Shown: positions 1 through 13,639 of the stretch, in pieces
Layout: each line of letters opens with the position of its first letter
Position numbering within the stretch: position 1 is the stretch's first letter
Assembly: GCF_030684315.1 (NCBI RefSeq)
Contig: NC_081390.1
Location: forward strand, 21,641,291 to 21,705,290
Source of the DNA: Stegostoma tigrinum
Lineage: Eukaryota
Reading direction: 5' to 3'
DNA length: 64,000 nt
Position numbers and translations under genes: made by a program
The notes under the pieces: model-generated
Told to the model about the DNA's origin: nothing
Database searches by the model: none
What the model saw: the letters and a program-made list of their open reading frames with translations, nothing else

Positions 1-329
1 ATTTTGGTTATTTTGCATATTTCACACCTCCTTTAATGGAATGTCTACACCACCCTTCTCCTTCAGCTAATAGAAACTTAATGATCATGTCTAGTGTTAT
101 TGCTTCTCCTTTTATTCCAGAACAATCTGTGCTTTTGGGCAATTTTTTCAAAATTAGAATTTGGGTCTGAAATAGTTCTGTAATGATCTTTACACAGAAA
201 GGCAACCATTGCAGTTCTTTGGAATAATGTTTGTTTTGAACACATGTAACTTAAGAAGAGGAGATTTATCACAAAATACATGTAGTAAGTTCTCTTATTA
301 TTTGTCTTTCACTACCAGCTACTAGATTT

Positions 330-354
330 AAAACAAAACAAAACAAAACAAAAC
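330..354 (+). repeat. (AAAAC)n microsatellite
   Basis: aaaac x5. Confidence 0.85.
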
Positions 355-885
355 ACAGTTAACCCTACATAACAAGAGCCCCTCACATATTCATATTTGT
401 GAACTGCTAAGATATGGGAGGAATAATTTTCCTGCTCAGTCTGGCTGTCCTGAATGAATTGAAGATATTTTTCTCATGGGGACAGGGTGTTACTTCATCG
501 AATAACTCATTAAAAGCACCACAGAGTAACTTCAAAAACATCAATATGACTGTGATGCAAACATGACTCTGTTTTTGACAATGGATTTCTCCCTTTCAAA
601 TCTCTCCCAGACTAGAATTTTTATTACAGCTTGTGACGTGACTATTGTAAGAGGAATCTTTTATATTAAGAATCTGTCAACAACATAGAAATGAATGTTT
701 TTTTAGATTTTAGGGCGGTTTTGTAGCAACATTCAAGAGGTATATCATCTTACGTTTGTTTCCACACTTTTTTTGACCTGTAGCAGTGCCTCGGATGTAA
801 AGCTTTTAGTTGCATCAGTAGATTTTTATTCATGATTGTTTCCTGCAAATTGCAACATAACTGTACTATTTCTGCTGCTCTTTAG

Positions 886-1064
886 GTATATTTTTATCGT
901 GGAGAGTTGCATATCATCCCAATCCCTCAGAACCCAGGGGAACTCTCTTGGTTACCAGTTAGCAATCCTACCATCTCTCAAGCCCTCAGTCTGCTCAACA
1001 CTCATTCTGACAAATGTCTGGCAGTAGAATCCATTCGCAAAGCTATAAGGAGACGCATTCAAAG
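886..1064 (+). CDS. ECD: ECD (ecdysoneless/SGT1 family) internal coding exon
   Basis: tttag|GTATAT...CAAAG|gtaatt; encodes VYFYRGELHIIPIPQNPGELSWLPVSNPTISQALSLLNTHSDKCLAVESIRKAIRRRIQ, matching vertebrate ECD; 179 nt, phase 0 to 2, compatible with next exon. Upstream exons lie outside the window. Confidence 0.92.
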
Positions 1065-2302
1065 GTAATTAGAATTGGTTCTGAATCTTAGTTAAATCTT
1101 AGAACAATGAAAATGCGATTAGCCAATAAATTCTCGCTATCTCTCACTCCAAAAACTTCAGAAAACAAAAGCAACCTGTTGTAGAAATTCCATTTTTCTG
1201 ACAGCAAAATCAGGCACATGTGGAGGCTGCCATGACCCTGCTGGAGACTGTCAAGCTTCCTCTATACAAGGGATATTCTGGCCTACGTGCTGATTCTGTT
1301 AATGTCTGGAATTTCTCACATTCTACAAGGTAGCTCCGCAAAAGTTCTTCCTTGTTCATTCTACAAATACTTTCCTGATCTTTGATCTTTTTTCCTAAAT
1401 GATATAACAATCTTTGGATACTTTGCAACTCCTTTAAGCTTAGGTGATGCAAGACAACATATAGAATTAAGGCATTGAAATTCCATCAGCTAAGTAAGTG
1501 CACTTCCGCATTCCCGTGCCACCCCTTGAAGTGTTTACTGTTCTCCACAAGTGAATCCGGAGTCTCAGCTGAATATTTGAGTTTGGATTTGTAGCGGAGA
1601 TTGGAATCTGAGCTGTACTGCTAACATAACTGAGATTCAGTGCATTCACCTTACTGTTGATTTCTTGCGTTCATTCAAGGAAGTTGGGAATCTGATTCAA
1701 ATGCATGAAATAGTCAGTCCAGTTATGATGTGGCAGCTAGTTATTTAGGGAGTAATGAGAATTGCAGGCTTTCTATTAATTATGGTGTACTCATCAGATA
1801 ACTGGTATGTTTGGCAGAAAATGACCACTGCACTTAACTTTTTTATTTAACAAATTAGGTGACACGACCTGGTATGAATACCCTCATGCTTCAAAATCTG
1901 CATGATCAGTGAATTTTCTTTTCTTTTAATTGTAATATCGCTAGTGTTAATTCTAACTGCTCACTTTTTTGTTTCTTTTTGATGGCATTCAATCAGTCCT
2001 GAATCAGCAATCTAGCAAAATACTGTAAGGTACTGTTGACTCTTGAATTGTTGGATGGCACATAATTCTGGACAATGTACTAGTCAGAGTTTGGGACAGG
2101 GTAATTGCGGCAAGAAAGCATCAATATTTGAAGCAGCTACTGAAAGGATCTACTGAGCAGTTAATCAATCATCTGGTTAATGTGCTGGTGAACACTTAAC
2201 AACTGTCACATTATCAGTTGCCTACACTGCTGTTAGCTATGTGTTGATTTTCTTACTGAATTAGTCAGCGTAACCTGGTAGGTTGCAATAGTTTTTGGTT
2301 GA

Positions 2303-2572
<270 letters not shown>

Positions 2573-3217
2573 TAATGTATCAGAAAATGTCACACCATTA
2601 GATTGAAGAAAAAGCAGATAACTAACAATGATGTGTGGCAGGTCAGGTGATTAGTCAGAACATTACAACCAGTAGAGAATGATCAACTGGTTAAAGAGGA
2701 AGAATAAATTAGAAAATGTAGGAACTGTCTGGTTCAAAAAGCAGTGGAGGTGAGATGTTTAAATATTTTTAAGGCAGAAGAATCAAAGTTATTGGGGTAA
2801 ATGGCAATGAGGACTTCAAAATGAAAACAGATTAGCTATTGTCTTATTGATTGCAGAGCAGGCTGGAGGGGCCTTATGGCCTGTTCTCATTTCAGAAATT
2901 TTTATTTGAGTCATGGATATAAGCAGATGCAGTCAGTTAAGGAAAGAAGAAAGATATGCATCTATGTAGCATTTCTGATGACCACCAAATGTTCCAAAAT
3001 ACTTTACAGCCAATGAAGTTTGGACTCTATTGTACTGAAGAACATGTAACGCAGGGCTATCAGTTATATCTCTCATAGCTTGTACTTCTTGGGCCTAGGA
3101 AGCAATTATCAATTCATTAAAAGCACCACGAAGAGAAAGCATAATCAATGTGTATTTCTGAATGTATTACCCAAAGGAGAATTGGGTGTCAAAATGTCCT
3201 CTTGCATTTCATTTTAG

Positions 3218-3394
<177 letters not shown>

Positions 3395-4564
3395 TGAACA
3401 TATATACTATATGTGCTGTACAAAAACAATTACAGTTTGACTGGCTTGCTATGGTGAGCAATCTAGTTACCAGGGTTAGAAACTGGTCAGAACGTACCTT
3501 GAATACTGTGACCAGTTGTAATCACTTAGGCACTTGTAACCACTTCAGACATTGAACTGGTTTGGAGAAGACCACAAGCCTTACAAGGAAAATCTGGAGA
3601 AACCTTATCTTTTAAATTTGGTAAGAAGCATCTGAGAGATTTCCTGACTAATCAGTTGGAAGTATTATCTTAACAGTAGTATTTGAGTTCAAGCTACCAA
3701 AAGGCAGATTTTGAACTGATATTGGGAAATGTTTCTTCATGGCAGGTGATCAGCACATGAACAGGTGAGAATAGTGACGGCAAAACCCTGAACAACTTCT
3801 AAGTGATGAATCAGTGGAGTAGTAGCATTAATGTGCTGCTCGATGAATGGAATTGGATTAATATTTGAAAATAAATAACACAAGATACAGGGAAATGGGA
3901 CTAAAGGAGCGACCTACTTTTAAAGAGCTAGCACCAGCACAAATCTAAATCACAGTCATATGAATTCTTTAGGAAAACATCTATGATTCATTGCTAGATA
4001 AATTGAAGGTAAATTTTTTGATTATCAGTCCATAATAATTTTTTTCCTCGGTTTATTTTTTTCCTCAACCACCATATCCATTCTAAACTCCTTAGTTTTC
4101 CATTATTTCTTTTTGTCTTTTGAGAGCTTCCCAAGTTTACGGGTTTGTGCTTTAGTTTAGGTTAAACAATCAATGTGAGCTTGGATTAAAGCAATGTGCC
4201 TGAGAATACTCAGTCACAAGCCTTCTGTTAATATCAGCAGTAAATTCAAAATAAGTAATTTAAACATGCTGTTGTTAATGTTATTTAAATTCTTAATCAG
4301 CTGCCCCCCCTTCCCTTGCTGTTTGGTTAATTAGCTCTCCAGCAATCTATGCTTGAAGTACTAAAGTCTGTGAGATGGCAGAGAAAGTGATTGAGATCTG
4401 CTATGTGTAGAGAGCCAAAATCTCTTCCTGCCCAACTCTCATTGTGTTTTACAGCAATGCTTTATTTTTCCTTTTGTGCCATGTGTTTTGTGAATACTGA
4501 TACTGCTAAACCCATTTTTATTGTTTATGCTGCAACTCATTCTCTACCTTTTTTAATATTCTAG

Positions 4565-4765
<201 letters not shown>

Positions 4766-5249
4766 TAAACTTGTTTGATTCAGTTGCAATTAATGTTTGT
4801 CAGTAGAGTTGTAACTTCACTTATCAGGTTTTAAGGATTTATGTGAATCTCTCCCACTGTTGAGATTGTATCTAAATTTTTTTTTGCCAGCTGGTATCCA
4901 CTTTTTTCCTCTGTGAAGAAACAGGTAGATGAGCAAATTGTGTTGTGCAGGAATAGTATATGCGCTCAGTGTATGAAATACATGACGAGCTGACAGGTGT
5001 CAGGTGGTCAATGAAGTTTAAGTACAAAGTGACATTACCTTAAATTTTCAGCAGGGGGCAACACCTTACATTGCATAGTGAGCCTGGTGGAAATTTTCTG
5101 AACAGGTGGTTAATTTTGACTTTAAACAAGGATGTATGAAGTTTTCATGCTATCTGACCACTTCTGTCATCAGATATTAGTATCAATATGGTGTACAACT
5201 CACAATTATCAACTTAAATGCACTCAAACCTGGTGAAGTTAGCCTAGTT

Positions 5250-6312
5250 GGACTATATGGGATCCAGGGAAAGCTAGCCAATTGGATATAAAATTGGCTG
5301 GATGGTTGAAGACGGTGGTGGTAGAGGGTTATTATTCATATTGGAGGTCTGTGACCAGCTATATGGTCATAAGGATTGGTGCTTGGTCTGCTATTTGTCA
5401 TTTTATATAAACGATTTGGATGAGAAGATGAGGGGCACGGTTAGTAAGTTTGCTGATGCCACCAAAATTGGCAATATCGTGAATTGGTGAAGAAGATTAT
5501 CTAAGTGCATGGGATCTTGATCCAATGGGCTGAGGAATGGCATGTGCAGTTTAATTCAAATAAATGCCAAGTGTTGCATTTTGGTAAGACAAATCAGGGC
5601 AAGACTTAAACAGGTAATGGTAGGGCCCTGGGTTTGTTGTCGAGCAGATCTAGGTGCCGGGGTACGTAGTTCCTTGAAAGTGGCATCACAAGTAGACACA
5701 GTGGCGAGGAACGCATTTGGCATGCTTGTCTTGATCTGTTAGAGCATTGACTACAGGCGTTAGGATGTCATGTTATGGGCATACAAGACCCTGGTGAGGC
5801 CACATTTGGAGTACTCCATGCAATTCTTGTTGCCGTGCTGTAGGAAGGACATTATTAAACTGGAAAGGATGCTAAAAAGATTTACGAGGATGTTACCAAG
5901 ACTGGAAGTTTTAAGGTATAAGGATAGGCTGGGACTATTTTCCCTGGAGCTTGAGGCTGAGGAGTGATTTTATAGAAGCTTATAAAATCATGAGGGGCAT
6001 GGATAAGATGGGTAGTGGTCTTATCCTCAGGTAGGGCAGTCCAGAATTGGAGGGCATAGGTTTAAAATGAGAGGAGCAACTTTTTCACATCGAGGGTGCT
6101 ATGTATATGGAACGAACTACCAGAGGAAATGGTAGAGTTGGTTACAGTTGCAGCATTTAAAAGATACTTGGACAGGTACATGGTTAAGGAAAGTTTAGAG
6201 GGGTATGGACCAAACGCAGGCAAATAGGACTAGTTCAGTTTCTGAAGCTTGCTCAGCATGGATGCATCAGACCAAAGGACCTGCTTCAGTGCTGTATGTC
6301 TCTGACTCTATA
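5250..6312 (+). mobile_element. 5'-truncated CR1-type LINE (RT C-terminus plus 3' tail), decayed
   Basis: ORF fragments YINDLDE..VSKFADATK and YKTLVRPHLEY...KRFTRMLP; ends in gtgctgtatgtctctgactcta tail. Confidence 0.88.
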
Positions 6313-7559
6313 ACAGAATGAAGTGTCTTTGACCCAATATCACCATAATGCCTAAAAAGCAGCAAAATCGGCTAAACAGAACTTGGAGACTTTCTGAGAC
6401 TGTGAAAGGTATTATGTGTGCTAATCTTTCTTTTGTTATGATTATATTTAAACATTGTACCATTCTCTCAGAAGAGTAGCTGCGTATTTAATTGCATAAT
6501 TTGTTTGGATTCTGGGTGATCGCATAGCAACTTGTACAATATTTTTAAACTCTTTTGTAACATCTCAAACTTTTTTAAAAATCGCATCAAAAGATCAAAT
6601 GTCCATCCAATGATTGTTTTTCTCATTTTTTGGTAGCAAGTGACACATTGTACACTCTGTACATAGGATAGTAGAATAAATGCTTGAACTCTGCTCAAAT
6701 GTGAACATTGGGACGTTAGCACTGGATTAAAGTGCTATATCTGAAAAAGTTAAACTGACTGTGAGGGTAACGATTGCGAATTTCGCTTGGTCATAGAGTC
6801 ATACAGTGTGATCCAAGCCAAACTAAACTGTTCCCTCCTGCCAGCTCATGGTTCATAACCCCCCAAACTCTTCCTATTCATGTACGTACCTAAGTGTTCT
6901 TTAAACATAACTGCTTGCATCTGCCACTTAATCAGGAAGTTCATTCCACATGCAAACCACCTTTTGTATAAAAATTAGCCCCTTATGTCTTGTTTAAATC
7001 TCTATCCCGACATCTTAAACATGTGCCCCCTTGACTTCAGCACAGGTTCAGCTCCACTTTCCTACTTGCTCTCCATCTCCCTCAATTCCCTGAGACACCA
7101 AAGATCTGTCTAACTCCAGCATTGTATAAAATCCACCATGGGAACTCCTTAACTCTCTGTAGTTAAGAAATCCCAAAGATTCACAACTAAACATGCCCTT
7201 CCCATCTCAGACCTAAATACTACAAAGGAATAAAAGTAGACCACTCGGCTCCTCCAGCCTATTCTATAAGATCACAACTAATCTGATTCTAACGTCAGCT
7301 ATACATTCTTGATTACCCCCAATAACCTTTGACAGTCACGAATCTATCAACCTCTGTCTTAACACGTTTATAAGTTTGCATCCACTGCCTTTTGAGGAAG
7401 GGAATTCCAAAGACTTTTAACCTTCTGAGAGTTAATCGAAAAAAATGACTGGCCTCTCGTCCTGAGAATGTGCCTTCTCCCAACCAACAGAAACATTGCC
7501 AGACCATCTCATCTTCTGTCTCAATGCAATTGCCCTCATCCTTCTAAACTCCAGAGAGT

Positions 7560-7830
7560 AGATGCGCGCGCACACAGTTAAACAAAAGCATACATACAAA
7601 CATGTGCCAACAGATACATGTGCATGAACAGAATGCAACCTTACAAGGATGAATAGACATGCATATGTACACATGAACAGATACATAGGTATTCACATGT
7701 GAACAGATATGCAAGCACACGTGAACTACTATAGCCTCCTGCAAATACGCTTGCAAGTACATGTGTACAGAGAATGAGCAGACTCTTGAGACCTCATACA
7801 CACGCATGCTGGTATGTACACTACACACAG
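7560..7830 (+). repeat. Degenerate CA/purine-pyrimidine low-complexity tract
   Basis: cacacag, catacatac, acatgtg, acacatg repeats. Confidence 0.6.
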
Positions 7831-8387
7831 AACATGCCCAGTCCTGGCATCCTCACCCTCATTGCAACACCTGCCATCACCCCCTGCCCTGTCCTGCCTT
7901 TTTTGTGCCAGGACCTCTCCGCTGTCTCCAGCTATGGCCCTCAAAGGCCCAGGGACATTGCGGAGTCACAGTATCTGGCAGGCGGGCTACCGTTGCAAAG
8001 GCCGGAGCTGTCCGGTTTAGTACCTGTGATGAAACTTAATCCACAGAATAGCCTTCGTGCTATAGGACTCTGATTCTTACTTTGTGCTCCATTCTCCTTA
8101 TGAAGCCATAGAACCTGTGACCCATGAAAATCTTAGCCTCTGGACTGTACCACAAAGTAGTTGAGGCCAAAACATCACATCTTTTCAAGAAAGATTTAGA
8201 AATTGTTCTTAGGCTGAAAGAGTTAAAAAGATATGGGGAGAAAATGGGAAGAACAGAGTACTGAGTTGAGCACTCAGCCCATGATCATATTGAATGGCAG
8301 AGCAAGCTCAAATGGCATATTCCTGCTCCTGCTTTCTATATTTCTACATATAAGCATGCGTTGGATTTTAAGTCAAGTCATCACACA

Positions 8388-8620
8388 TAGAAACTGAAAG
8401 AACTGCGGATGCTGTAAATCAGGAACCAAAATAAAGTTACTGGAAAAGCTCAGTAGATCTGGCAGCATCTGTGAAGGGAAAAAAAACAGTTAACGTTTCC
8501 GGTCCGATGACCCTTCCTTAACCTTCTAAAGAACGGTCACCGGACCAGAAACGTTAACTGTTTTTTCCTTCACAGATGCTCCCAGACCTGCTGAACTTTT
8601 CCAGCAACTTTGTTTTTCCG
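8388..8620. mobile_element. Fold-back element, second subfamily (gctggaaaagctcagcaggtctggcagcatctgtg)
   Basis: Inverted arms; related copies at about 12095-12170, 21895-22060, 22620-22800, 30930-31030, 32993-33105, 34895-35005 and 52960-53170. Confidence 0.75.
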
Positions 8621-8679
8621 TTTCAATGAGATTAGTTCATTTCTGTAGAGAAATGAACTAAATCTCATTGAAACAGAAG

Positions 8680-9660
8680 ATTGGCTGGCTAACAGGAAAC
8701 TGACTGAAAGCCAGTTAGTAAAGATGTAATCAGCAGTGTGGCGCAGGGATCAGTGCTGGGACTTCAAATATTTACAATGTATACAAATGATTTGAATGAA
8801 GGTGCAGAAGATTTGCTCATGAGGCAGAAGTAGTTGAAAGGGCATAAAGAAACTACTAAAAGATATTAATACATTAAATTAATAGGCAATGATCTGGCAA
8901 ATGAAGAGTGATATGGGAAAATGTGAAGTTGTCTATTTTAAAGGAAGAATGAAAAGGAATATTGTCTAAATGATTGCAGGTCTCTGAGATGCAGAGGGAG
9001 TTGCTTGTGCATTAATCACAAGCTGGTATGCAGGTATGGCCAGTAATTAGGGAAATTGATAGAATTTTGTTATTATTGCTGGATGAATTGAGCACAACAG
9101 TTCCACACGCCACTGGTGAAACCACATCTGGAGTACTATGTGTGTTATTGGACTCGTTATTTAAGAGATGATATAAATGTATTGGTAGCATTGCGGAGGC
9201 TTTCCAGAATAATACCTGGAGTGGATGGGTGGTCTTGTGTAAAGCTTGGACTAGTTTGGCTTGAATTCACTGTTATTCAAAAAAGAGAGAGAGATGATTT
9301 GGTTGAAAGGTTTAAGATTCTGATGGGCTTTGACAAGGTAGAAGTGACTGGGAGAATCTAGATTGAGGGGTCATGTTGCATGATAACTAATCAAACATTT
9401 ATGACTGAGATGAGGTGAAGTTTCCTTTTAGGGTTGAGAGATTTTGGAACTGCCTTCCTGAAAAGGTGGTGGAAGCAGAGTCCTTGAATATTTTTAAGAC
9501 TGAGGTAAATAAATTCATGTTAAGCAAGGGGTTGAAAGGTTATCAGGAGTAGGTAAGGATGTGAATTTGAGATTCTAGTCAGATCAGTTATGAACTTATT
9601 AAATGGTGGAGTAAGCTCAAGGGGCTGAATGGACTGTCCATGCTCCTTATTTTTGTATTC
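8680..9660 (+). mobile_element. Old CR1-type LINE fragment
   Basis: GVAQGSVLG-like and KPHLEYYV..W remnants; 3' tail aggggctgaatgg...ctcct. Confidence 0.7.
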
Positions 9661-11928
9661 CAGAGTTATAGGTTTTAGACTCAGGATAAGAGGCCTTCCA
9701 CATGGGACTGTACTGAGGGGAGGTTTCCTCACTGACACTGAATTTTTTTAGATATGATGGGAATAGGTTGAAAAAAGAAATTTTATGTAGAAGATCAGCA
9801 GTGGTGTTAATGAGTGATGTAGCAAGCTCAAGACCTTTTAGACCTGAATTCTTGTTTCTTATTGTTTGTCAAGCACTCAAAGTCCTCATCTGCAAGCTGC
9901 CTCTTAATAACATCATCTGTTTCACAGAGGTCGTCACTGGAGATCATCAGCTTCCTTGTATATGCTAACAGCGCTCCAGCTCTGTTTCTTTGTTGTCACT
10001 TGTCTTCATTGAACTGATTGTCTGATCAACAATAATTTCTTTCAGTTTAGCATTGCTAATACCAATGCTATGATCTTTTCTCCATTCGCTATAATATAAT
10101 TTCCTTTTCCACTAATTCAGTTGTTCTTCTTGGCCGCTATCTAACCTGAGCCAGTCTGTTCACAACCTCAAAGTTGTGCACTGTGCTGAGTAGGTTTTCC
10201 AATCTATGTATATCTCCCTTATATCACACATCTCTACACTTACTTCAAAAACATATCCATTGCTTTTGCTATCAGCAAGCTTGAATATATGTGTGCGTTC
10301 CTGATCGGACTCCCATCCTACATCATTCATAAAGTTCCCATGCCCTTTACCCCATCTCTGGCCCTCGTTGGCCCCTTATCCCTAATGTTTCAACTTTTAA
10401 ATTCTTTGCATTTAAGTTTGTTCGATTTAAGAGATGATGTAAATATACATGCATCTGTTTGTGCGGTCCCACTCAGCCTCCAATTTCCATTTTCTCGCTC
10501 TCGCTCTTTCTCTTCCCACCCGCCCCCCACCCTCTGCCCCCCTCAGGTGAAACAACATATTTATGAAGTCAGACAGGCAAGTCAGTAGCTCTAGAAAATG
10601 ATAGGTGTGGGCATAATTGGCCAGATGTTCTGTTCTGTTCTGTAACTATTCTGTTCTCTCCCATCCTAAAATCCGCCTTTACAGCCAAGGCTTTGGTCTC
10701 TGTCCAAATACTGTTTCCTTTAGCTTTGTTTACGTCTGAAGGACACAGGAAAAATGCCCCTGCGTTAACAACACTGTCAATTCTGTAGAGCTTGGAATAT
10801 ACTTTGTCACCCGGCTGCACAAGAGCATTTAAGTAATAGTGTGAAGTAGATACCGTATTTTTTTACTGCTTTGCTGTTGCTCTTCCGATTCTTACCAGCA
10901 GATGACAGCAGTGAATTACATAAATGTTCAGCTGCCATTTCATGATGGGAGTTATGCATTAGAACCTTTTCATATTAAATTGTTTGCAGTACTGAAATAT
11001 AGGTTTGGTCTTCTGCAGATCTTGGTAAACATAAGCCACAACACTCATATAATGTTTATAATAGACAGAAATTGTCTGAGATATTCTTAAAAGGTAAAAT
11101 AAAAAGCGAGTATTAGTGGGAGTGTTAGAGATGACTGAAAGCATGGTTGAACAAGTAGGTTTTGAAGAAATGTTTAAAGGCAGTGGGAAAGGGGAGCAAA
11201 GGGAAAGTATTATTGAGCAAGGTTGCAGTGACTGAAGAATTTACTGCCATTCAGTACTACTGAGGGTTGCTGGATTCAAAGGACATCAAGGCCATGGATG
11301 GAAAGCTGAAGGAGTTCAGGTGGAACAAACCCATGCAGTGATGTGTGAATGACAAAATATTGAATTGACCTACCCAATTTACAGTCCATGCTAAAGCTTT
11401 ATTTCTGTCATCAACAAATGACACAGTTGTTCTGTAATTAATGTGGTGGATATTTGTTGGGTTTGAATATCAAGCTATTGGAGGAAACACCCAATGTCTA
11501 AACAAATACCTGAACATACTTGAGGGGCTGAGTGGTCTAACCCATTGTGTTCCTTCCATAAAAGTTTCTGAATGTACATTCTCCTTGAATCTGCAAGGAA
11601 TTTGACTGGTTCATTTCCCCGAGCAACCTTTATTCTTTCATTACAGCATCTTAGGAAGTTTTTGTTCAAGACAAGTTATTTAATATGTTAGCATTTATAA
11701 AGCACAGTTAAAGACCACATGTAACCTTCAAAGTTTTCTGCTGAGAAAGGTTGGCCAGGTAAATACGACTGACTGACTTTTTTTCAGCCAAAAGTACAAA
11801 AACTGGCAGAACACATTCTATCGCCCCAGATTGAATCGAAAAGGCAACAAATCGATAAAGCAAGGTGGCGTATTCATGTTGAATAGGCAGGCTTAATGCT
11901 CCAAACAGGTTGTGTTTGTGTCTGACAG

Positions 11929-12014
11929 GGAGAACTGGAGGGTTCTGCACGCTACAAAGACTTACTCCAAATGGCAGAGATTTACTTCCAGCATTCTGTT
12001 TCCAGGCCCACAAG
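11929..12014 (+). CDS. ECD: ECD coding exon
   Basis: tgacag|GGA GAA CTG...ACA AG|gtaaaa; GELEGSARYKDLLQMAEIYFQHSVSRPT, 86 nt, phase 0 to 2. Confidence 0.93.
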
Positions 12015-12269
12015 GTAAAATGCAAGATAATGTGTTCTATGTTCTTACATTAACAAAATGAACTTAATCTGCTAACTCAATGCTGCAAACCAGGGACAAG
12101 AATAGAAATTGTTGGAAAAGCTTGGCAGATCCAGCAGCATCTGTGGAAAGAAATCAAAGTTAACGTTTCCTCAAAATGATCAATTCTTACTCCAAACCAG
12201 GAACTCTTTCAGTGTAAGTAGTTATGATACAAAGAATGATTCAAGTTGACAGTAGTAGACAGTACCTTT

Positions 12270-12950
12270 CAAAAGTTGATTGGGAGAGGCTATTTTCAGG
12301 CAAAGGGACAATTGGGAAGTGGAAAGCCTTTTAAAATGAGGTAAAGAGTTCAGAGACATTATGTTCCTGATAATGTGAAGGGCAAGGCCATTAGGTATAG
12401 GGAATGCTGGATGATTAGAGAAATTGAGGCTCTGGTCAAGAAAAAAGGAGAAGGCATATTGTCAGGTATAGACAGCTGGCATTGAGTCAATCCCGAGAGA
12501 GTATAATGGCAATAAGTGTATAGTCATAGGGAATCAGGAGCTTTGGAAGATAGACTTAGGGAGTCAGAAGGGATTCTATAAGTGCCTTAAGAGCAAAAGA
12601 GAAACTAGCGAGAGAATAGAGACCCTTAAAGATCAACATGGTTGTCCGTGTGGAACTACAGGAGATGAGTGAGATACTAACCGGCAATTTCACATCAGTA
12701 TTTGCTGTGGAAAAGGACATGGAAGCTAGGGAACTTGGGGCAATAAATAGTGATGTCTTGAAAAGAGAACTGCCAGAGGAAATGGTGGAGGCTGGTACAA
12801 TTACAACATTTAAAAGGCATTAGGAAGAGTTTAGAGGGATATGGGCCAAATCCTGGCAAATGGAACTAGGTCAGATTGGGATGTCTGGTTGGCACACACG
12901 GTTTGAAACAAAGGGCCTGTTTCTGTGCTGTATGACACTGTGACTCTAGC
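12270..12950 (+). mobile_element. CR1-type LINE fragment with large internal deletion
   Basis: ORF2 mid-region (EILTGNFTSVFAVEKDME) joined directly to the C-terminal ELPEEMVEAGTITTFKRH and the 3' tail. Confidence 0.75.
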
Positions 12951-13639
12951 AGTTTACTGCGTATTCGAAAATAAGCTTCATTGTTTATATTAATTGCTTC
13001 TTGCCTATTTGGAGCGTCGTTTCTGAGCAGCTGTGTTTCCACATAGTTGTTTTACTGCTGTTGCTTATGTCTCACTACCTGGTGATGTCAGCTTTCTCCA
13101 CAGTCACCATGAAGGCAAACATTTGAATTTAGGACTTGCTGTGTTCTGGGACAGTTGGGTCACTTGAACTTCTTTGAGATGGGACAAAAAAATTTCTGAC
13201 TCTGTTGAAATTATAGGCAGAGCCATCTCTTTGGACCTCCCTGTATTTTGATGATTCCACCCACCATGGCACCTTTGCTACTTCTTTACACTGCTGGTCT
13301 TTTACTGACGTTCAAAGAGCCATCTAACGCAAACAGACAATACCTACGCAAGGCAAAATTGCTGACTTGGAGCTATGGCTTAAGTAAACTGCAATGATTA
13401 ATTACTGTATTAAATACCTGTAAGAAGGATTAAATTTGCAGAATTATGAACTGCATGTTCCTTATGCTGGCAAATCTTGTCCAACTGCATTAACTGCGGA
13501 AGAGTCCTGAGGGAATAAAGCATTAATTTAAAAACTGCCATATGTATCAATACAGCAACATTTGTTTAGCACTCTTCAATGTAATTAAAATAACTTTTTT
13601 GAGGCTTTACAGTGCTGTAAAGTGACCAAGCAGAAAATT

